Below the pieces are notes generated by a model, which did no database searches, was not told where the DNA came from, and was given only the letters and a program-made list of their open reading frames with translations. The translations under genes were made by a program, and so were the position numbers. Below are positions 46,901 to 58,737 of a stretch of DNA of 64,000 bases, in pieces (position 1 is the stretch's first letter; each line of letters begins with the position of its first letter). The DNA is taken from NCBI GenBank assembly GCA_027923505.1, contig BROI01000020.1:558001-622000 (forward strand), read 5' to 3'. The stretch comes from Mayamaea pseudoterrestris (taxonomy: Eukaryota).

Positions 46901-48246
46901 CCGACGAGGAGAAGACGCAAGCGGAACTGGAAGATCTGACGCCTCATCTTGAAGAAATTTCCAGCCGACTTGCGGAGTTGAACCAGCGCAATGATCATAT
47001 TCTCAAAGATATGGGAGAGACGCAGAATCGGCTGACGAACTTGCTGGAGACCCAGACCCAGCAGCAAGGAATGGTAGACCGATACAAGCTTAAACTTGCT
47101 CAGTATGAGGAAATGTTGGCCAAGCACCAGGATGCAATTGACAAGTGGAATGAAGAGCTGCTCAAGGCATTGTACAAGGCCCGAATCGTGCATCACCAGT
47201 ACGCGAAAATGGTGGAAGGCAACGCCGAGGCGATGTTTACACTATCGCAAGCGCCACCAGACGACGAGGTGCTTGAAGAAATTGAACCGGTCCCAGTGGG
47301 CGACAAGGGTGTGGAGTATTACCGCAACAAAGTCAAGCGCGCTCAAGAAAAGGTTGACCAGGAACGAAAGAAGCAGCGTATAAATGACGAGAATCCTGAG
47401 GAGGCCCATCAGAAATATATTCAGGCCAAGGAGAACCTCGGTAAGTTCATTTTCGAAGCTGACTGGTGATTGACTGTGAGTTATAAGAGTTCATGCGTTT
47501 ACTCACTAGATTTCGCGACTGTTTCATAGTGGAGAAGACAAACAAGATTAAAGCAATGGATGAGCATATCAGTTGCCTGACCAAGGATATCTTGAAACGA
47601 AAGCACCTTTGGCGTGAATTTTTGTTTCACTTGAAAACTGTCACCAAAGCTCATTTCCATTCCATGCTGAGCATGAACAACTACAGTGGTACGCTGGAGT
47701 TTGATGACGGTGAGCAAAAATTGGATCTCATTGTGGAGAAGAGAGAAAACACGGGGGCTTCGCAGCGTGATATGAAGGGTCTCAGTGGAGGAGAGCGTAG
47801 CTACACTACTATTTGCCTGCTCAATGCTCTCGGGGAGAATCTAGAAACTCCATTTCGCATCCTGGACGAATTTGACGTCTATCTTGATCCGCAGAACCGT
47901 CAACTTGTTTTGGGCGTCCTGATCCATACGGCTAAGGTGCTCTTGCATCGCCAATTTATCTTTATCACGTACGTCATGCGCTAGACAGACACGGTGCACA
48001 CACGATGTCAGTTTTGTAAATCGTTTTCTTACTCCGATCCTTTTCTTGTCGTTGGCAGCCCTCAGGACTTGTCGAGCATTAAGGTTGACAACCTCGTTCG
48101 TATTTTCAAGCTCGACGCGCCGGTATGTTGCGCTCAAGTTTTGTCGTAGACGTTTACGACTCTACTCTAACGTATGCTCTTCACTTTTCGCTCTCTAGGA
48201 ACGTCGGGATAAAGCCGGCGGACCTGTTCAACAGACTCTGGATTAA
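43932..48246 (+). CDS. SMC6: Structural maintenance of chromosomes protein 6; exons 43932-44401, 44566-44931, 45046-46313, 46397-47440, 47530-47968, 48059-48122, 48199-48246
   Basis: AGIIKNIYLENFMCH, Walker A GANGSGKSAIL, NIQVENPVSVLSQE, coiled coils and hinge, LSGGERS, Walker B ILDEFDVYLD, QFIFITPQD; six frame-preserving GT-AG introns. Confidence 0.95.
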
Positions 48247-48810
48247 GATTGTTGCCAGCCTTTCGTATAGTGGACGGTATATTAGGCAAAGTGCGCGACG
48301 ATTACTTGTCGCTTTGTCTATCATAGTATCAAGGACAAGGCCTATTATAGTATGGCGCACCATCTAAAATAAAACAGCATCACTTTTCTTTATCGTCCGT
48401 GTAGTCGTGCAGTATTGCTTATGGCGCGAATTTTTGATGAGTCGCAAGCAGCTTTTGTGCCAGCAGCTGCAGCGACAATCGAACAAAATGCAGAGCAACA
48501 CGCTGAATTGTGAAAATATGGGTCCACTATGTTTACAAACCTCACAATTCACGTGGTCTGGTCGGCTTGGCTCATTCAATTGGCTACGATCTACAAGCGT
48601 CTCAAACAGCCTACTACAAAACGCACGAGACGCAGGTTCGATAGAAGCTGCGACAAGTCGGAGCGAACATAGTATAAAACACCTATAGTATCTTTCAATT
48701 TATTTTCATCGCGTGCGAAAGGCTCCATTCGTCGGCGACTGCGGAACTCGTCCGCAAACGATGCATCCTTCTCAGGCGTTTGGTATTCACCGCTTAGCCA
48801 CTAGACCGAC

Positions 48811-49597
48811 TCAGTTATAGTATGGATTGTTTGGATCATCATTCTCGTAAATATCATCATCATCCGACTCGTAGTCATGCACTTGTCCGCCGCCAGGCTG
48901 CCGTTGATGCAATCCACTGCCACTAGTTGCTCCCGCTCCACCACCACCCTGCGAGTAATACGTACGACTGCATCGCACAATCGCCTTGCCGACTCTACCA
49001 ATCCAGTCATCCTTTTCGCTTTCCGTATCGGCATACAGCAAGTAGCATGTATCGGGCGTGGAAATTTCAAACGAGTGGCGCTTGTGCGACTTTAAATCGG
49101 CCGACTTGACCGTGGTGCAGTGCGCCAAATCCATCATGCCGTGCGGCGCGTTGTATTCGTTCTTGGCGAAAAAGAGTTTGGAGCCTTTCAAAATAAAGTA
49201 GCGGCGGCGCCATTCCTGTGTAACAATGTGCGGATTGAATAGAATGATGAGATTTGTCACATGGTAATAAATTCAGTAGTCAAGCTTGTCGTTTCTCCTT
49301 CCCATCGTTGCAAAATTAATCACGTCTTGCATCATTTCCTACCTTGATCCAGGAACTCTGCTTGGTCAGCCAGCCTTCATACTCGGCATTGTCAGTATCA
49401 TAGATGATATTGGTGGTTGGATCAACGTACGGGGGTCGCATGATGCGAGGGCGCTGCATGGAAGTTTGCTGCGGCGGCGGAGGAACTTGCTGGAGCTGCG
49501 GCTGAGAGAATTGCTGCGGCTGCTGATGCTGCATATAATGCTGCTGCTGCTCTTGGCCATGACTGATGGTAATGGATGGATTGCTACTCTGCATCAT
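48811..49597 (-). CDS. Small PH-domain protein with Gln-rich N-terminus; intron 49216-49342
   Basis: The splice joins YEGWLTKQSSWIK to EWRRRYFILKG; FEISTP...LYADTESEKDDWIGRV. Confidence 0.92.
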
Positions 49598-50701
49598 GAT
49601 AGCGATTGTTAATACAGATTAGATATGGGTACAAGAAGGGTGGATGTTCATGGTGGTCGCTGGACGAAGCGCGACAGCGCGGGGGCCGCGCCGCTCAGTG
49701 TCGCATTTAGTCCCGGTGCGTCTCTGATCCTAGCTATGTGCTGTATCTTTTGAGATACAAGTTTGATAGCGACTTGCGCTTCTACTATGTATCATAGCCA
49801 GGCAAGAAACGACGCTCCTATCGTCTGACTCAGCAACCATCGTTAAAACTATTCAAATGACATGCGAACGATACGTTCATGGCAGCTGCGCGTTACAACT
49901 AGCTGTCCATGTGCGCGTCGAGCTGCGCCGTTGGCGACGTCATGCAACTGTCCCGTTATCGGACGAAGGGTGCGCCGTCATCGGCGAGCAAACGAGTCAA
50001 AGGTCTGCAAGAAGGTATCCAAGTTTGTTTCCAACATGGTCGAATGGTTACCTCGCGCTGCTCGACGACAGCCCTTTTGCCAGCGCTTGGCGCGTCATGT
50101 AGCTGAAAAGGCGCTCATAACCACAATTCGAGTGCGTCATGCTTGCACTTTGTTTGACGCTTTGCAACGTCACGAGCAACGGTTATCGTAAGGTTATTCG
50201 AGCTAACACGCACGCGACCACATGCAAGCTCAGCGAATGACAGTTGCCAAGGGCGCATCTCGAGAGGATTCGGTCTTGAGTGCGCCACGAACCACAGCCC
50301 CGCGAAGCTCTCCGATGATTGTTTCCAAGGACTGACATTTTCACATGCCACGAAACGTCCAATCCACGAGCAAACGTACGTAGAATGTGTTTTAACCACG
50401 CCAGTGCCTCCCATGTGACGCCGATCGACAAGTACCAAAGTCCACGGCACACTTACGTAGACCCGGCACGCGCGGAACATTCGGGTCTCTATACCTCGTG
50501 ACTCCCAGGAAATTTCCTTTCACTTGCATGACATCATCAAAACATATGCCTTTCCACTCCGACCCTTCCAGCCGCACAGACAGAAACGACGAGTTGCATG
50601 TGCTTGCGTCGCACACTCTGCCAATGCAACAACCACAAAAATTCGTCGAGGCCGCCGAAGCATCGATATATATCAATTCAAACCAAAGCTTTTCGTCGAC
50701 C

Positions 50702-53081
50702 ATGGTATCTCTCTCGTCATTGCCTTCATTATCAAGTAGCAGCATTAGCTACTCGAGCAGCAGTAGTCGCTTTTCCTTGGCGCGTCTCGTTTGTGTCTTG
50801 CTCGCGTGCACTACCAGCATTGCAGCAACCGCCAATGAAAACGCCCAAGCTGCGCCATCCTTGCGCTCTCGCTTCCTCGCCGCCAATGACCCCGATCACG
50901 ACGGCTCCATTGTCAAGCTGCATGAGATTGAGCATGCCAAGTTTCACGGCCGCCGCGTCATGGAAACCGTCGGCGTTGGCTTGCACGTATGGGTCGCCTA
51001 CCGCAACCCCGATGGACAGGCCCATGTGCAAGGCAACTTGACGAGTATTGGATATGAACTTGATTCGTACAAGACGGTCGCTGGCGTCTTGCCGTCCATG
51101 GATCACTTGCTGAACATGCTGGATGACGGAAACATTGACTGGATCGCCGAAGACTCGATTCTCAAGGCGGCCGTCTCGGAGACGGAGCCGTACGGCGTGC
51201 AGTTTGTCTCGCAGAATGGCTACCGCCCCAATCAGTCGGTGGCGCAAGGATCCTCGGCGAGCTGCAGTGATCCGAACGTATTCAAGGTTGGAATCATTGA
51301 TTCGGGCATGTCTGTATTGTAAGTAAATGTAAGGAGCTGTAATGACGAGCAATGCTGCGAGCGCTCAAGATGAGAGGTCCATGGTGGCTCGTGCTTGGCG
51401 ATTCACTTGCATCTCACAATATACTTGCTTCTTCATATTTTCTCTTTTGTTAACTCGCTTTACAGTCACCCTGACTTGATTTGCAACAATGTTGGAACGG
51501 CGCAGTCGAATTGCCTCGGAGCGAGCTTTGGCCTTGACTCGAGCTTGAGCTGGTACAATCCAGTCGCCTACCATGGTACGTTCTTCATTCGCAGCATTTG
51601 CATTCTTGCGCTTGGGAAATGCGATTAATTGAGAGATGAAACAGCGATGAAAGCATGTCGAGAGTATACATGCGCGCATCGCGATGAATGTTTAACGCGC
51701 ATGTCTAGCGCGAGCTTCGAGGAAGGGCGATGGAACGAGTCACTCGCTTGCATTAGCTAACCTGATTCATTCCATTCTCACATTGGCTTCTTTCACTTCA
51801 CTTTATCACAGGAACTCATGTCAGCGGCATTATTGCGGCTCGCAAGAATGGAAACGGAGTCGTCGGACTCATTCCGGATGACAATCTCTGCATCCTCACG
51901 GCTCGCGTACTGGACGACCACGACTTTGGCCTCTTTTCCAACATTATGGCCGGAGTCAACTGGGCCGCCGACAATGGCGCCAAGGTCATCAACCTCAGTT
52001 TAGTCGGAGGAACCTATTTGCCGGCCATTAACCAAGCCTTTGAAGACTTTTACCAGAACCGCAACATTTTGGTCTTTGCCGCCGCTGGCAATGACGGCAG
52101 CTCCAACTATGCCTACCCTGCTTCATATCCATCCGTCATTTCCGTCGGAGCCGTCGACATTAACAAGCAGCATACCTGGTTCTCCCAGCGCAATAGCATG
52201 GTTGACCTTGTCGGACCCGGCCAAGACATTCTGAGTACGCTTCCACTCGGTGTCGGCAATGTCATTGCGACATTGTCGGTCGGCAACGGCCAAGGCTTTT
52301 CCGGCATGTACGCCCAAGCCTCACCCCAGACCAACATTCAAGGAACCCTCATTCATTGCGCCGACGGTTACACGTGCAATGGACCTGGTCGTCACATTTG
52401 CTTGATGCCAAGGTGAGTCTTAAAAGGGTGGCGTGTCTTACTCGCTAGCGGTAGTCGCCAGTAGTTTATTGCTTCAATGACAAACAACTCACTTCATTCT
52501 TCTAACACTTGTTATTCTTGCAGTGGAGGATCACCGCAAGCTTGCCAGATGAGCGGAGGTGTCGCCGTTGTCATTTACAACACCAACGCGGAGCGCTTGA
52601 CCGACTACAGCTACTCTGGCGCAAGCCTCACCGTCATGATGGTTTCCAACGCTGATGGACAGATCCTTGCTGGAAGCTACATTGGCCAGTACGGTCAAGT
52701 TGTTGCGAACGATGGCTACGGGGTAAGTTGTTTTGTTGTCGTAGATCAATTTGTCAGTTGTTGCCGCACGTCTTGGACCCAATGCATCGCTGCCGCCCAT
52801 CCTTGACTCAATGCACCTTCTAACACCTTGATACACCTCAATACACACCCTCAATCGCAAAAAAGTTTATGTTTGGGACTTCGATGGCAACGCCTCATGT
52901 GGCTGGAGCGGCCGCTTCCGTTTGGCGCGCATGCCCAAATTGTGGCAATGATCAAGTCGCGGCCTGCCTCACCGCCACCGCCATGGACCTTGGCTCGTAC
53001 GGCAAGGATACCTTGTACGGAAGCGGCATGGTTCAAGGCAAGAGCGCCTACCAGTGCCTCCAGCGCTCGGGCTGCTGCTAA
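50702..53081 (+). CDS. Secreted subtilisin-like serine protease (S8) with PA-like insert; exons 50702-51318, 51466-51575, 51812-52412, 52524-52722, 52866-53081
   Basis: Catalytic triad GIIDSG, YHGTHVSGIIA, GTSMATPHVAG; oxyanion AAAGNDG; hydrophobic leader and propeptide; frame-preserving introns. Confidence 0.93.
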
Positions 53082-53459
53082 ATGAACTGCAAGCGCCGCT
53101 TGTGACTGTGTGAATATACCCCTGTACTACTATTATCATCAATATCCGTGTAACATTGGACGCTTTTTCTCGATTCTTGATTGTTGAATGTGGCTGACGG
53201 ACCCTCTGTTGGATGCACATTTGACGTTCGCTCAAGGATTGAACTTTCTCATATTGGATGGAACCATATCATCATCAAATCATCTCTTGCAGATACATAG
53301 CTTTTTAAATGCTGCCATTGTAATACAATATGTTTCAATTACCAACTCAACTAACGTTTTGTTGTAGTGACTGTATCGTAGCTGTCGGAATAATGAACGA
53401 CCTTGTGTGCAAGTTCACGAAGCCGGCAAGCCGTGGAGCAACTCTGGGTACTGAATTGT

Positions 53460-53691
53460 CGCCGCAATTTCGGCATGCGCGCCAAAGGGATGCGGCTTGT
53501 CCAACCACATGAGGAGTCGACCCACTTGTAACAAAGATAAAAGTGGTGGCAGCACAGCGCATATCAATTAGCAGCCCCAACGCTGGAGGCACTGTCAGGC
53601 GCTCTTGCCTTGACCCATGTCGCCCCGTACAAGGTATCCTTGCCGTACGAGCCAAGGTCAATGGCGGTGGCGGTGAGGCAGGCTGCGACTT
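53460..53691 (-). pseudogene. Inverted, rearranged fragments of the subtilase last exon
   Basis: 53568-53691 is a reverse-complement copy of about 52954-53081 with small indels. 53460-53514 encodes PHVVGQAASLWRACRNCG versus PHVAGAAASVWRACPNCG in the gene. Confidence 0.85.
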
Positions 53692-53959
53692 AATGACTGC
53701 TATATACACAAAAGCAACCAAGGTCTGTGGCCTGCGTCAATGGATTGGTATGACAGCGATGGGACGCAGCAACAAGTTGCGCAATTGGAAAGTTGGAGCA
53801 AGCGACAACATAATATGTGCGCTCTTCGCTACCCTAACGCGGTCGGCAGGCTTGCCATGTACGGCGTATCAATTCATATGAACAAGTTTTGCGAATGGCA
53901 AGTATATATTCTTCCTCTAATCATTTTATAGTTGATTAAAGTCATTGTGAGTGTCCGCA

Positions 53960-55294
53960 TCAGTTCTGATCGACATCCTCTTCTTCCGACATCTGGTAAT
54001 GAGGATATAGGCCATCGATCAACTCTTTTAGCTTGTCCCTGGCCCGAATCGTAGTACTAGTCCACTCCTCAATTTCTTCGCAATCTGGCCAATTATATGT
54101 CCGATCGATCAAACGTCCCAAATGTTGGTAGGCTGATCCCAGTAGCTCTTCCTGCGTCTCGTCATCCATACTACCGGTCAAAATACGAATGCGCTCTTCT
54201 TGCGCATGCTCAAACTCGAACCGATGAATGATGGAGCGTTCCAGAGTCATCTTTTGCGACAACTTGCTACGTGTCCACGCGGCCTTTTTGAAACGCGGAG
54301 GATGTGGCGTTGAATAAGCTTTGAGTTCGCACCAGACACTGTAAAGACTCGGATCATTTACCAACTGTCGACAAAGGGCATCGTCATGATACATTGATGG
54401 CACCAAGTACCACCGATGAATCACTGGTGGTTGTAAACCAACTGGTACATCCTCATCTGGAAAGTGGATGATCCATGCTGGCGTCCACTGGATCTTGCAT
54501 ACATTCTCAATAGGTGGCAGCAGGTCCAATTCATCCTCAAAAGCGACAATGTTTGTGTAGCTCGCTTCGCCAGCGACGAATGCGCAAATTGGTGTTGCGG
54601 CGGCGGCCGTGGACTTGCATGCTTCGTGCGCCAACATCTCGCTCTTGGCGTAGCAAACATGCGCCGCAATCTCGTCGCAGTCGGGCCACTTTTCCAACAG
54701 TGAAACAATCTTTTGAAGCTTTTCCGTAGCAAGCTGTGATGCTCGACGCAACGACTTACTTTTGGGATATTTCGAGTAAAATTTGCGGACGCGGATTGCC
54801 TGGCGAATCTCAAACGTCGCACGCTCATTCAAGGCACGCTCCAAAGTAAGTTTATGGGAGCGCTTGCGATCGTCTTCTAAGTCCGTTTCCGACTTCTCCA
54901 ACGGTTTCAGTGCAGCAGGTTTCTGCTCAAGCTCACGCGGAGTCGTGGACGGCAATTTCTTACCGCTAGCGAATCGTCGCAACGCAACGTAGAGATCCGC
55001 GTCATCAAACAACTGAAGCCAAAATTGCAAGCAAATGCCGAGACAAACGTGCATAAAATCTTGGTGAATAATGACAGACGTAAAGTCTTTCGGCGGCGTC
55101 AAATTGTCGTTGAAATCAATGTAGCAGGGAACGGGAAACAATCCATCATTCTTCATGTCAGCATGCCGCGCTGCTGCAGCTGCAGATTCCTCATGCGTAT
55201 CTTCGTCACTCATGCCGCTATCCGAATCGTCCATCATGGATTCATCAAATCCCATTTCGGATGCAGCGTCTTGAAAGCCTTCATCGCTGGACAT
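53960..55294 (-). CDS. Hypothetical protein (444 aa): acidic N-terminus plus two copies of an unknown domain
   Basis: Long ATG-initiated ORF; SHKLTLERAL...KWPDCDEI and SQKMTLERSI...NWPDCEEI are internal paralogs. Confidence 0.75.
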   Translation of the reverse strand: MSSDEGFQDAASEMGFDESMMDDSDSGMSDEDTHEESAAAAARHADMKNDGLFPVPCYIDFNDNLTPPKDFTSVIIHQDFMHVCLGICLQFWLQLFDDADLYVALRRFASGKKLPSTTPRELEQKPAALKPLEKSETDLEDDRKRSHKLTLERALNERATFEIRQAIRVRKFYSKYPKSKSLRRASQLATEKLQKIVSLLEKWPDCDEIAAHVCYAKSEMLAHEACKSTAAAATPICAFVAGEASYTNIVAFEDELDLLPPIENVCKIQWTPAWIIHFPDEDVPVGLQPPVIHRWYLVPSMYHDDALCRQLVNDPSLYSVWCELKAYSTPHPPRFKKAAWTRSKLSQKMTLERSIIHRFEFEHAQEERIRILTGSMDDETQEELLGSAYQHLGRLIDRTYNWPDCEEIEEWTSTTIRARDKLKELIDGLYPHYQMSEEEDVDQN

Positions 55295-55619
55295 GGTATG
55301 ATTGTTGGTTTAGTACGGCGTACAATGATTCGTCGGAAGTCGGAAGAGTGCAGCAGTGCAGCCATGCGGTCTCGATCGACGAAAAGGATTCCACGGCGGA
55401 AAGCGTCGCAACGGGACAGACTCGGTTCGGCTTTGCATGTTCCCGGTAGATACGATTCAATTCAATACTACGTATAGCAGATAAAAAACGTTTTACGCAT
55501 GGCAAGAACATTCTTCTTCTACAATTTTTACAGTTGATATAAGTAACTATGAGTATCCTCATTGGTTCTGCCAGTTCAGCAGGTCCTTGCTTGTGTTGAA
55601 AAGTGGCACAGTATCTTAA

Positions 55620-57218
55620 CTGAGACTGGTGACAACTTGTCACCAATCACATTGCTGTCTATTAGGACACCCACTAGGCATACCATCTAGTAGCTCAGAC
55701 TCAATAACGATGATGGCACCATTCTGGTGTGATTTGGGTGTATACATGGCTTGCTGTAGGGGCGTTAAAATTTAAGGCATCTGCCGGCTGAGACTGGTGA
55801 CAAGTTGTCACCAGTCACATTGCCGTCCCCTGAGACACCAGCCAAGCCTACCATCTTGTAGCGCAGCCTCAATAATGTTGTTGGCACCATTCTGGTGTAG
55901 TTTGGGCACCTACAGGGCATGCTATAGGGGCGTTTGAATGTCACGGCATCTGCGGGCTGAGACTGGTGACAAGTTGTCACCAAATACATTGCCATCCCCT
56001 GAGACACCAGCCAAGCCTACCATCTTGTAGCGCAGCCTGAATAATGATGCTGGCACCATTCTGGTGTAGTTTGGGCACCTACAGAGCCTGCTGTAGGGGC
56101 GTTTGAATGTCATGGCATCTGTGGGCTGAGACTGGTGACAAGTTGTCACCAAATACATTGCCATCCCCTGAGACACCAGCCAAGACCACCATCTTGTAGC
56201 GCATCCTGAATAATGATGTTGGCACCATTCTGGTGTATTTTGGGCACCTACAGGGCTTGCTGTAGGGGCGTTTGAATGTCACGGCATCTGAAGTCAGAGA
56301 CTGGTGACAAGTTGTCACCAATTACATTGCCATCCCCTGAGACACCAGCCAAGCCTACCATCTTGTAGCGCAGCCTGAATAAGGATGTTGGCACCATTTT
56401 GGTGTAACTTGGGCATCTACCGGGCCTGCTGTAGGGGTGTTTGAATGTCACGGCATCTGTGGGCTGAGACTGGTGACAAGTTGTCACCAAATACATTGCC
56501 ATCCCCTGAGACACCAGCCAAGACTACCATCTTGTAGCGAAGCCTGATTAATGATGTTGGCACCATTCTGGTGTATTTTGGGCACCTACAGGGCTTGCTG
56601 TAGGGGCATTTGAATGTCACGGCATCTGCGGGCTGAGACTGGTGACAAGTTGTCACCAAATACATTGACATCCCATGAGACACCAGCCAAGCCTACCATC
56701 TTGTAGTGCAGCCTGAATAATGATGTTGGCACCATTCTGGTACATTTTGGGCACCTACAGGGCTTGCTGTAGGGGAATTTGAATGTCACGGCATCTGCGG
56801 GCTGAGACTGGTGACTTGTTGCCACCAAATACATTGCCATCCCCTGAGACACCAGCCAAGCCTACCATCTTGTAGCGCAGTCTGAATAATGATGTTGGCA
56901 CCATTCTGGTGCATTTTGGGCACCTACAGGGCCTGCGATAGTTGCGTTTGAATGTCATGGCATCTGCGGGCTGAGACTGGTGAGAAGTTCACACCAGTCA
57001 CATTGCCGTCCCCTGAGACACCAGCCAGGCATACCATTTTGTGACGCAGCCTAAATAATGATGTTGGCACCATTCTGGTGTAATTTGGGTGTAAACATGG
57101 CTTGCTGTATAAGTGTTAAATGTCAAGGCATCAGCTGGCTGAGACTGGTGACAAGTTGTCACCAATCACATTGCAGTTGCCTGAGACACCAGCTAGGCAT
57201 ACTAGCTTGTAGTGCAGA
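55620..57218. repeat. Tandem array with a 169-bp unit (168 bp in units 1 and 9), about 9.5 copies
   Basis: Unit starts (CTGAGACTGGTGA; CAGAGAC in unit 5) at 55620, 55788, 55957, 56126, 56295, 56464, 56633, 56802, 56971 and 57139. Confidence 0.98.
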
Positions 57219-57487
57219 TAAATTCTAATAGCCCTCTTTTTTACATTTGACCAGCAAGACTGCCAAGTTACGCGAAGTAGTGGCCAATTAAGCGTGGCAA
57301 ACAATTGGAATATTGCTCAATATGATACTCTACTTATGTGCTTGTCTGTATCTATATCTGCTCTTCTGGACCAGTGGCTGTTCGTGGCACTACGAACGCT
57401 AAATTTTTCAGCGAAAGCTTTGTCACCTTGCGCATGGCAAAGGCGAAAACAAGACTTTCTCACGCGGCACGGAGTAGCTTCTTGTTG

Positions 57488-58369
57488 CTATACATTGGTA
57501 CTGCTTTTTGATTCGCCAGGAGTTTGCAACCTCTCTTGCTCTAGCGCTTTCATTTCATACGGCCGTCCACCCAAGATTGGATACTTGAAGCAACCCAGGA
57601 CGCCCGTGAACAAGACGAAGCCAATGACAAAATACCAGAACGATAGACTCAGTGCCACTTCCACTGCATACGAAACCAAAAAGCGATACGACTCGGCATT
57701 GGGTGTATACTTGATCTCCAATTTGGTCGCCACTTCCTCAGTTTGCTGGTTCGATTCCAAGGTTGCTCGCACCAGCACAATCAATGTTGATCCAGTCACA
57801 ACCACCAAGACGATTAGCATAATGACATAGAATCGTATTCGATCGTTGCCGCCTTCATTCTTGCCAAAGCACTTGCACGACGCCAAGGTCCAAATGAGTG
57901 CGTCGTAAAAGGCGTTCAGTACGCCTCCAAGCGTCCACAGTACAATCATGCCATTGGTCACATTGATTTGCGTCAATTGACTATCAATGTTTGTAAATCC
58001 CGTGACGGTGTGGTTCGTTTGTATCGAGTAGTACGAGGCGTCGTACTTTGAATTGTCAATGACAAAGGCCACGTAGATAATGTTGGTAATGGCCAAGCCA
58101 AAGGCAAGACTGCCGACGAAGAACAGTAGGCGCAATTTGCCGTTAATGGGATGAAGCTTGTGGCTAAAGCAAATGCCAAGGAGCGGGTGTGTATTCAAAA
58201 AGTATTGGCGCAAGTCTTGCAGGTAGGAATTGCCTGGCAAGTGGTAGGCGCCTTGCAAAAGGCGTTCGATAATGACGGCATCGGCCTCGTTGGCGCTCGT
58301 GATTTTAGACGATTCGGAGGCTGCTGCTGCAGCAGTACCTTTGCGAGAACTTGCGGTAGACGCAGACAT
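57488..58369 (-). CDS. Multi-pass membrane protein of unknown function
   Basis: About four hydrophobic segments after YHLPGNSYLQDLRQYFLNTHPLLGICFSHKLHP; ATG in an ACCATG context at 58369. Confidence 0.75.
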   Translation of the reverse strand: MSASTASSRKGTAAAAASESSKITSANEADAVIIERLLQGAYHLPGNSYLQDLRQYFLNTHPLLGICFSHKLHPINGKLRLLFFVGSLAFGLAITNIIYVAFVIDNSKYDASYYSIQTNHTVTGFTNIDSQLTQINVTNGMIVLWTLGGVLNAFYDALIWTLASCKCFGKNEGGNDRIRFYVIMLIVLVVVTGSTLIVLVRATLESNQQTEEVATKLEIKYTPNAESYRFLVSYAVEVALSLSFWYFVIGFVLFTGVLGCFKYPILGGRPYEMKALEQERLQTPGESKSSTNV

Positions 58370-58737
58370 GGTGGACTCTTGCTTGCTTGCATAAAATGCA
58401 GGATTACCGTAGTCGAGTGGCGGTCGAGTGGATGGAGTCGGGCCTTGCGAATGGACGAACAAAACCAAGGATGGGTCGTGCTTCACGTCACACACATGCA
58501 TCGCGAATATTGCCCCATGGGCCTGCTTGCAAGCCGGGCGGGCGATTCATGAAGCGTCGCTCCGGTTGCCGAGACAATTTTAACTGTTACTCGTACAACT
58601 TTAAAGCTACATTATACGGAATGGAAAGCAAAGCTACAAGGACGCAAGTAACCTTAGCAAAATCGGAAGCATGTATTCGACAACACAAGCAAAAAAGAAA
58701 GCAAGCTTCCAGCAGTTACGAGCTACCGAAACGACAT

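Noticed and set aside
43932..48246. SMC-based defence system (Wadjet/Lamassu-like)
   Set aside because: This is an intron-containing eukaryotic SMC6 with canonical motifs and no partner genes of those systems.
56043..56129. Box C/D snoRNA-like layout in the repeat unit (ATGATG(T/C) ... CTGA about 85 nt apart)
   Set aside because: Box C is imperfect, CTGA is too short to be informative, and I recognised no rRNA-complementary guide. Not supportable without RNA data.
55765..56958. Repeated 67-88 aa ORFs on the minus strand of the array
   Set aside because: By-products of a 169-bp unit that shifts frame with every copy; no coding signal.
55620..57218. CRISPR or TIGR-like guide array
   Set aside because: Whole units are near-identical with no unique spacers, the context is eukaryotic, and no cas or Nop-domain gene is recognisable nearby.
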